A stretch of 7,749 nucleotides of DNA from Octopus sinensis (lineage: Eukaryota): positions 1-7,749 of the forward strand of contig NW_021828787.1 of the NCBI RefSeq assembly GCF_006345805.1, written 5' to 3'. Within the stretch, counting starts at the first letter, position 1; every line of letters starts with the position of its first letter. The position numbers were made by a program, and so were the translations under genes. The notes beneath the pieces were generated by a model. That model searched no databases and was not told the DNA's origin. It saw only the letters and a program-made list of their open reading frames with translations. Below are positions 1 to 6,331 of this stretch, one piece after another.

Positions 1-58
1 TAATAATAATAATAATGATGATGATGATGATAATACTAATGTCGATGAACGATGATGA
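1..58. repeat. (TAA)n/(TGA)n microsatellite, truncated by window edge
   Basis: taataataat... grading into gatgatgat, read directly. Confidence 0.9.
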
Positions 59-609
59 TCTCACACACCCGCGCGCGCACTATTTCGTGTTCTATGTAGA
101 AGAGAACTAAAATCGTTTATCAAACTTCGAGGCATAGTATTCTGACAAATGCCGAGCCATGGATCAAGGCGTATTCAGTTTGTTTCCTCAATATTCTTTA
201 GCGTTTCTCTTGCGCTCCGTTTAACAGACAACAACTAAAGATTTGTCGATTTCAAAACAGACAAAGACGAATGAAACGGCGGGTTTGGATCGGCATTAAA
301 ATAGAAAAAAGAGACGATTTCACAACCGTATGAAGACGTTAAACAGTTTGAGCTCATCATTGTCTCCGTGAATTGGATGCGAAGATAAAAAAGAAAAAAT
401 GAAACAAGTGAGGACTATTGTTTGTGGTCATGAAGATAAGAGTTAAAAACCGTGCTATTGAAGATGAGAGCCTTAAAGTAAACAGTTTGGGATTATTGTA
501 GGATGGGTGACTGCTGGCGGTGATGGGGTTAAATCTGTAGAATAATGTTTGTCACTGCTGGGTATTCATCGTACGGAGAAAAACGTTTCGTCATTGAGAT
601 TTCAATGAG

Positions 610-657
610 TGTGTTTGTGTGTGTGTGCCTATATATATGTTTATATATATATATATC
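610..657. repeat. (GT)n + (AT)n microsatellite
   Basis: gtgtgtttgtgtgtgtgtg followed by tatatata tracts; flanks the 3' end of the minus-strand HHR unit. Confidence 0.85.
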
Positions 658-950
658 AAAATAAGCAACAAGAATGACTCCGGTAATTTGGTACGATCGT
701 TTCGTACTACATCATTTTATTAAATGTTGTAAGTATTACAACAGTTTTAAAATGCTGAGCACTCATCAGCCAATTATAGAGGCTTTCCATTAAAACAAAA
801 ATATTCATATCAAGTGGCAACATTATAGAGAAGGTAGATACATAGACAAAGATGTGGATTTAAAATTTAAGAACAATTGAGGTAGTGGAGCCCATCAACT
901 GACTGACTAAGATTCAGTTGTTCCAGAGTACTGTAAGGTTCTGAGAATGA
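658..950 (-). mobile_element. Probable non-autonomous Penelope-like (pLTR-derived) fragment carrying the HHR; boundaries approximate
   Basis: HHR with palindromic stem III, U-rich 3' segment ending in (AT)n, and upstream TGTTGCCACTT (812-822, -) shared with the 4320-4330 unit. No PLE RT or GIY-YIG coding sequence is visible. Confidence 0.4.
684..776 (-). ncRNA. Type I hammerhead ribozyme, PLE-type with palindromic stem III
   Basis: Minus strand reads UAAUUGG (776-770), CUGAUGA (769-763), stem II GUGCU (762-758)/AGUAC (708-704) capped by a long hairpin, GAAA (703-700), stem III palindrome ACGAUCGU (700-693), cleavage triplet GUA (cut between 692 and 691), then CCAA(A)UUA (691-684) pairing with UAAUUGG. 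All conserved core nucleotides are present. Confidence 0.85.
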
Positions 951-976
951 AGAACAAAAAAAAAATTATATATAAA

Positions 977-1024
977 GGAGCACTCCGTCGGTTACGACGA
1001 CGAGGGTCCCAGCTGATACGATCA
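977..1024 (-). mobile_element. 3'-terminal 48-bp fragment of the same SINE family as 5012-5406
   Basis: ggagcactccgtcggttacgacgacgagggtcccagctgatacgatca aligns with 5021-5070 (ggaagcactccgtcggttacgacaatgagggttccggttgatccgaatca). Confidence 0.85.
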
Positions 1025-1026
1025 TG

Positions 1027-1233
1027 TAATAATAATCTTTCTTCTATGGGCACAAAGAGGACAGGTTAGTTACATTGACCCCAGTGCTCGACTGGTACTT
1101 ATTTCATCTTTATTGTCGACCCCGAAAGGATAAAAGACAAAGTCAACCCCGGCGCAATTTGAACTCACAACGTAAGAAATGCCTCTAAGCTTTTTGTTCG
1201 GTGTTGCTAACAATTCTGCCAGCTCGCCGCCTT
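1027..1233 (-). mobile_element. tRNA-derived SINE (second family), probably internally deleted, with (TTA)n tail
   Basis: Minus strand starts aaggcggcgagcTGGCAGAATTGttagc (A-box-like, 1211-1221) with B-box-like GAGTTCAAATT (1156-1166), central ...atcctttcggggtcga...aaataagtaccag... and tail at 1027-1036. Resembles an abundant octopus SINE from memory. Confidence 0.8.
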
Positions 1234-1267
1234 CGGGTACAGAACAATTAATAATGTCAATAACCGT

Positions 1268-1301
1268 AACAACAACAACAACAACAACAATAATAATAAT
1301 A

Positions 1302-1337
<36 letters not shown>

Positions 1338-1541
1338 TAATAAAATAATAATAATAATAAAATAATAACAATAATAATAATAATAATGATAATAAATAGT
1401 AATAATGATAATAATATAATAATAATAATAGTAATAATGATAATAATAATAATAATAATAATAATATAACAATAAAATAATAATATAATGATAAAATAAT
1501 AGTAATAATGATAATACTAATAATAATATAATAGTAATATG

Positions 1542-1584
<43 letters not shown>

Positions 1585-1830
1585 AATAATATAATAATAA
1601 TAATCATATGATAATAATAATAATAATAATAGATAATAATAATAATAATGATAATAATAATAATAATATATTATAATTAATAATAATAATAATAGATAAT
1701 AATAATAATGATAATAATATAATATAATAATGATAATAATATAATAATAATAATAACTAATGTAATATAATAATAATAATAATAATAATAATTATAATAA
1801 TAATAAATAATAATAATAATAATAACTAAT
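1268..1830. repeat. Long degenerate (AAC)n-(AAT)n microsatellite
   Basis: About 560 bp of aat units with gat/agt/at interruptions. Confidence 0.95.
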
Positions 1831-1933
1831 AAGTGTACAGCAACAAATAGATTCACAACAGCAATAACAGATACGTAACAACGATCCGCTACGAACAGTA
1901 GACCCACTCACATCGACAGCTGCAATAACAACA

Positions 1934-2003
1934 ACTGCTACTACTACTACTACTACTACTACACTACTACTACTACTACTACTGCTACTGCTGCTGCCAC
2001 TAT

Positions 2004-2046
<43 letters not shown>

Positions 2047-2056
2047 GCTGCTGCTG

Positions 2057-2119
<63 letters not shown>
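1934..2119. repeat. (ACT)n microsatellite punctuated by (GCT) clusters
   Basis: Read directly; a phase break near 1960 (actacactac). Confidence 0.95.
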
Positions 2120-2120
<1 letters not shown>

Positions 2121-2329
2121 AGACAGTTGTAACCCACCAGTGTTATTATCTTCAGATAACTCCAGAAAAAAAAATATATCTAAAATTCTATGTAAAGAAT
2201 TTGGATCAAGAATTTAGTAAGAAATATTTTTGTGAACTGAACAAAATACTTCTTGAAATTAGGAAATATTTGGTTTATCCCAAGTATCAACTGAGATTAT
2301 TCCATAAGTCCTTTAGCCAAAGAGAACGC

Positions 2330-2548
2330 CGCGAGATATAGCAATTAAATGTGCCTCAAATTATAGCGCACGGTCTCTCGATCGGCTAGTAATAGCAGCC
2401 AGTTTTCTCTCAAAGTCACATCCTATTTCTGGGAAAAGAACATAATAGATGGTTTAGTTCTCTGTGCTCGGCAAATGACGGAATACCCAGTGTAAGAATG
2501 GTTTTTATCATAGATCCTGTCGATCAGAGCTGAACTAGGGCTGAACAA
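2330..2548 (+). mobile_element. Degenerate interspersed repeat, probable retroposon 3' portion
   Basis: cacggtctctcgatcggctagtaatagcagcc... and ...atcatagatcctgtcgatcagagctgaactagggctgaacaa resemble a common octopus repeat from memory only; needs a Dfam/Repbase check. Confidence 0.35.
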
Positions 2549-2570
2549 ATACTTTATATTTCTCTGTCTT

Positions 2571-2615
2571 CCGATATGGAAGGGAATATGGCGTCTAGTC
2601 TCCCTTCCATATCGG
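2571..2615. other. Perfect 15-bp hairpin, 15-nt loop
   Basis: ccgatatggaaggga (2571-2585) is the exact reverse complement of tcccttccatatcgg (2601-2615). Confidence 0.9.
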
Positions 2616-2697
2616 CTAATTCTGATGAGCGTAAATAAAGTTATATGATCGGTTTGGTTCCTAACACTCCATTGTCTTCTTTACGCGAAACCGATAT
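2616..2697 (+). ncRNA. Hammerhead-like motif; core, stem II and stem III present, stem I poorly formed; possibly permuted
   Basis: CUGAUGA 2622-2628; 7-bp stem II GCGUAAA (2629-2635)/UUUACGC (2680-2686); GAAA 2687-2690; ACCGAU (2690-2695) pairs with AUCGGU (2648-2653), which lies inside loop II. Confidence 0.55.
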
Positions 2698-2756
2698 ATA
2701 TATATAAAATAAATCTTAGAGCGAGTTATAAACAGTAGCTGCAACACATCGTGACA

Positions 2757-3011
2757 TATATTTGCCATTTAAATATGGCTAACCCCTAAGGGTGGATGCT
2801 ACTGTAGTTTGTAGCCCCAGGAGGACACCTCCTCCAGCTGGCTTTAGACACACTTTCTGTGCCCTATCAGTGTTTGCAAAAGGAAGCCATCCTTCCCGTC
2901 TTCAACTTAATATAGTGTGTCTAAAGCCAGCTGGAGGAGGTGTCCTCATGGGGTTACAAACTACAGTAGCATCCACACTTAGGGCTTAGCCATATTTAAA
3001 TGGCAAATATA
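2757..3011. mobile_element. MITE / foldback DNA element with 98-bp inverted arms, possible TA target duplication
   Basis: 2757-2854 versus reverse complement of 2914-3011: 94/98 identical (mismatches at 2783, 2791, 2814, 2820); 59-bp spacer; TA at both ends; no transposase. Confidence 0.85.
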
Positions 3012-3277
3012 CGATATATATATATAAGATAGTATCCATTCCTAAAGCGGGTGGTATGTTGTGTTTTTGATCAAAACATTACAACTCACGTTGTTCTCTG
3101 ATCACTTCGACACCTGACACTGTTCGAACAGCGTCGATTTGATGGAGGGGCGAGCACGTACATACATTTGGTCACTGTCCGAACGACTGTTAATTTTCGG
3201 GTTGAGGCGGTGGATCAATATAGCTTCCTTGATACAAACCGTGCTACTAGGACTCAAGAGAGTACTATAACATCATA

Positions 3278-3357
3278 TTCTACCACGCTACACCATTTTC
3301 TACCACACTGCAAATTCTTCCACCACATTACACCACTTTCTATCATGCTATATTACA
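3278..3357. repeat. Four degenerate 20-bp tandem units
   Basis: ttctaccacgctacaccatt / ttctaccacactgcaaattc / ttccaccacattacaccact / ttctatcatgctatattaca. Confidence 0.6.
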
Positions 3358-3526
3358 CTACTAAACGACACTATACGACTTTCTACCAAACGACACTATA
3401 CGACTTTCTACCAAACGATACTATACGACTTTTTACTTTCTACCAAACGACACTATACGACTTTCTACCAAACGACACTATACGACGTTTTACTTTCTAC
3501 CAAACGACACTATACAACTTTTTACT
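3358..3526. repeat. Minisatellite, 25-bp unit ctaccaaacgacactatacgacttt with 32-bp variant (57-bp higher-order repeat)
   Basis: Units start at 3358 (25), 3383 (25), 3408 (32), 3440 (25), 3465 (32), 3497 (partial); the 32-mer adds ttacttt. Confidence 0.9.
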
Positions 3527-4058
3527 ACGCTGCATTACTTTCTATTGCACTCTATTACCTTAGATTCCTCTGCCATTACAGTATGTTGTTTTAGAAAGAG
3601 AACCACTGTGTCCTAAGGCAGTTACTACAAACGATATTATTTATATATCGATTCTATAAAACTATTTCCAACGATAGAAATGGATGAAAGGGTGCCGAAC
3701 ATCTCGGAAGTTTTTATTTGAAATTGGTTTTCTCCAAATCGGTTGTAGCAACAACACAGTCGACAACAACAGCCGCAATCAGAAGAAAACAACAGTAACA
3801 TCGATAAAAGCATCGTGTGAGGTGAGTTTCTGTGGGATCGATTCATTCGTGAGAATTGACAACTAAATCTTCTCTTAAATCATACATAATCGTCATTGGA
3901 AAGACCAAAACCAAAAACCAAAAACAAAAGAGGACACTTTGGATAATGTGTGTAGTTGTAAATATTCTTTAAGAAATCACTGATTATCTGCCTTACTCGA
4001 ACGCGGTCGACCTGTGATGGACACACCTCCTCCTCCTACTCCTCCCCATCCTCATCAC

Positions 4059-4132
4059 CAAGGAGGAAGAGTGTGGGAGAGAGACTGAGACAAAAACAAC
4101 AGTGAAGGGGGATCCCTCACTCTTCCTCCTTG
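4059..4132. other. Inverted repeat, 19 of 20 bp paired, 34-nt loop
   Basis: caaggaggaagagtg-T-ggga (4059-4078) versus tccc-T-cactcttcctccttg (4113-4132). Confidence 0.85.
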
Positions 4133-4199
4133 ACTCTCTCGTTGCTCACACGTGACCAGCGGCTACCGTTCTTTTCCCCTCCTGCTTTATAATAGATAA

Positions 4200-4600
4200 G
4201 ACCTACTTTTGCCTATCTCTTGCTACAGCTCCTTTCTCCAGCGTTCACCACTTCACCGCGTTATGGCTTAACATCCTTCACTGTTTGTTTTTACTGTTTT
4301 GTTCTTACTGTCCTGCTTTTGTTGCCACTTTAATCCTCCGCAAAAAATCTCAAATTTTATTTAAATTGCTTTGCGGGAAGGATTGTTTTAACGGAGTCGC
4401 GTCTTGTCCTAACCTTCGAAACGCGGAGTAGATGAAACAGGGGACAACTGATGAAGGGATTGTTCTTTATGTTACCTGTCTTGTTTCTCTGTTTGTTTCT
4501 TTCGTTGTCCGAAAAAAAGTTCGTTTTCTATGTTTTTGTTGTTTTTTATGTTCTTGCTTTTCATTTTGTTCACGTTTATTATTTGACGTCCTGTACCCAT
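4200..4600 (+). mobile_element. Probable non-autonomous PLE-derived repeat carrying the permuted HHR; boundaries approximate
   Basis: TGTTGCCACTT at 4320-4330, HHR at 4397-4461, long T-rich 3' segment running into an (AT)n tract; no coding remnant recognised. Confidence 0.4.
4397..4461 (+). ncRNA. Hammerhead ribozyme motif with non-circularly permuted strand order
   Basis: CGCGU-C-UUGUCC (4398-4409; GUC site, cut after 4403), then CCUUC-GAAA-CGCG (4413-4425), then GGACAA-CUGAUGA-AGGG (4442-4458). Stem I 6 WC + 1 GU; stem III 5 WC + 1 GU; stem II weak. Confidence 0.7.
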
Positions 4601-4747
4601 ATATGCATGTATATATACATATATATATATGTAGGTATGTACATATATATATAAATATATATATATATATACACACACACATATACATACATATATATAC
4701 ACACATATACATACATATATATAAAACATATACATACATATATATAT
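4600..4747. repeat. (AT)n/(AC)n/(ATAC)n compound microsatellite
   Basis: Read directly. Confidence 0.95.
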
Positions 4748-4940
4748 CTTCGCCATGATAGATCGCTAGCCACTACTCATTCTTTGTTATCTCTCCTTGT
4801 TTCTTTCTGTGTTCCTTTCTGTGGAAGAGCGTAGACTCGAAACGTTAAAGACTATTTCACTTCCCGAGCGTTATACTAATACATCTGTTCGTTGTCTACA
4901 CTACCTGTTTCCGTCTTTCTTTTGTGAATTCTCCCCCACC
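4748..4940 (+). mobile_element. Short PLE-type (pLTR-like) repeat bounded by (AT)n tracts
   Basis: Pyrimidine-rich unit containing a minimal HHR, with (AT)n on both sides; resembles a common octopus repeat from memory. Confidence 0.45.
4815..4850 (+). ncRNA. Minimal type I hammerhead-like motif with core substitution (A6 to U)
   Basis: CUUU (4815-4818), CUGUGGA (4819-4825), extra A, GAG/CUC stem II with 6-nt loop, GAAA (4839-4842), palindromic ACGU stem III (4842-4845), U17 (4846), AAAG (4847-4850) pairing with CUUU. Confidence 0.55.
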
Positions 4941-4951
4941 TATATATATAT

Positions 4952-5053
4952 AACCCTCATTGTCGTAACCGACGGAGTGCTTCCATCCAGCCATATATAT
5001 ATATATATATATGGATGGATGGAAGCACTCCGTCGGTTACGACAATGAGGGTT
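4952..5053. repeat. 102-bp spacer-less palindrome with one mismatch
   Basis: 38-bp perfect arms 4952-4989 / 5016-5053, mismatch G4990/A5015, self-complementary core CC(AT)10GG at 4991-5014. Confidence 0.95.
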
Positions 5054-5406
5054 CCGGTTGATCCGAATCAACGGAACAGCCTGCTCGTGAAATTAACGTG
5101 TAAGTGACTGAGCACTCCATAGACACGTGCACCCTTAACGTAGTTCTCGGGGATATTCAGCGTGACACAGAGAGTGACAAGGCCGGCCCCTTGAAATACA
5201 GGTACAACAGAAACAGGAAGTAAGAGTGAGAGAAAGTTGTGGTGAAAGAGTACAGCAGGGATCACCACCATCCCTTGCCGGAGCCTCGTGGAGCTTTTTA
5301 GGTGTTTTCGCTCAATAAACACTCACAATGCTCGGTCTGGGAATCGAAACCACGATCCTATGACCGCGAGTCCGCTGCCCTAACCACTGGGCCATTGCGC
5401 CTCCAC
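5012..5406 (-). mobile_element. Full-length tRNA-derived SINE (tRNA-Arg-like head; plausibly octopus OR1/OR2 group)
   Basis: Minus strand starts gtggaggcgcaaTGGCCCAGTGGttagggcagcggacTCGcggtcataggatcgtgGTTTCGATTCCcagacc: A box 5384-5394, B-box-like 5340-5350, TCG in an anticodon-like position. About 310-bp non-tRNA body and short (ATCC) tail, then (AT)n. Family name is from memory. Confidence 0.85.
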
Positions 5407-5407
5407 A

Positions 5408-5580
5408 ATATATATATATATATATATATACATACATTATATATACATACATTACATATATATATATATACATGTGTGCGAGCATAGGTATACACATACA
5501 CACACACATATAAATACATATATACATACATATATTTATATATACAGTATATATATATATATATATCTGTGTGTGTGTAT
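5408..5580. repeat. (AT)n/(AC)n/(GT)n compound microsatellite
   Basis: Read directly. Confidence 0.95.
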
Positions 5581-5870
5581 TAAAATCTAAGACTATGGCT
5601 GTTCCTTTTGGTGTCTTTGAAGCATCCTGATATCCCGTGCATGCGAAACATTGCAGTAAACAATCTTGTGTGACGTGTCTTTGAATTCGGGGTTGAGAAT
5701 ATCATTACAAACATATTTGTTTAACTTTTGCCAAATTCTCTTTCCCAACCGGACGGACTCTCCACCACGCCGCCCACCCATAAAATCTGTCACCTGTTTT
5801 CAAAACAGTTTCTCATCGCCATAGTATCAAACGAACTTCCATTCCAAACCGGACGTTGCTTTCCTTTTAT

Positions 5871-5998
5871 ATGCGCGTGTGTATGTGTGTGTGTTTGTAT
5901 ATATGCATGAGCATACATGTGTATGTGTATATTTATAAATGTATGTATATATATATATATGTATGTGGTGTGTGCGTGTGTGTGTACGTATACATAAA
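5871..5998. repeat. (GT)n/(AT)n compound microsatellite
   Basis: Read directly. Confidence 0.9.
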
Positions 5999-6106
5999 TA
6001 TGTTCGCCTCTGTCTTCCTTCCATCCACCGTAAACAGAAAAATCTTCAAAAGTATAATTGGTCGTTCGTTGAGACGGCCTTGCAGATTTAAATGCAAACT
6101 CCTCGC

Positions 6107-6161
<55 letters not shown>

Positions 6162-6166
6162 GTCAT
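6107..6166. repeat. (CAT)18 perfect microsatellite plus cgtcat
   Basis: 6107-6160 uninterrupted. Confidence 0.95.
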
Positions 6167-6178
6167 CCACTATTTGCC

Positions 6179-6282
6179 TTCTCTCTCTCTCTTTCTCTAT
6201 TTCTCCTCCCCCCTCTCTCTCTCTCTCTGTATATATATATATATATGTATCTTATATATGTATATATATATGTATATATATA

Positions 6283-6331
<49 letters not shown>

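Noticed and set aside
566-612. Minus-strand hairpin UCAUUGA/UCAAUGA followed by C-GAAA-CGUU, like the 3' half of a minimal hammerhead
   Set aside because: No CUGANGA upstream (replaced by a CA tract) and no stem I; at most a relic
878-900. TGAGGTAGT, matching the 5' end of let-7
   Set aside because: Only 9 nt match, the rest diverges and no precursor hairpin is evident
1257-1907. ORFs 1257-1607 and 1677-1907 (poly-I/L/Y)
   Set aside because: Translations of (ATT)n microsatellite; no coding signal
2149-2155. CUGAAGA on the minus strand
   Set aside because: No stem II or GAAA partner; not a hammerhead
1934-2218. Possible Thr-rich mucin-like reading of the (ACT)n tract
   Set aside because: No start codon, a phase break near 1960, stops upstream, and (ACT)n is an ordinary microsatellite here
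2792-2989. 65-aa ORF inside the inverted repeat
   Set aside because: Lies within MITE arms and shows no transposase motif
3168-3563. 131-aa ORF with a 19-aa repeat; CRISPR-like appearance of the array
   Set aside because: Repeat derives from the 57-bp satellite period; units are contiguous with no unique spacers, the context is eukaryotic and no cas genes are present
3858-3960. Possible second decayed fragment of the 2330-2548 repeat family
   Set aside because: Similarity is patchy and rests on recollection of a consensus; not supportable without alignment
4432-4773. Several overlapping 64-108-aa ORFs
   Set aside because: Dominated by T-rich and (AT)/(AC) repeat translations (YIYI..., VCVC...)
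5330-5406. Possible tRNA-Arg gene
   Set aside because: Acceptor stem does not close, B box is degenerate, and it continues into a SINE body whose 3' end recurs at 977-1024
5627-5655. CTGATAT...GCGAAAC, hammerhead-like spacing
   Set aside because: G8/A9 missing, no stem II, no NUH or stem I
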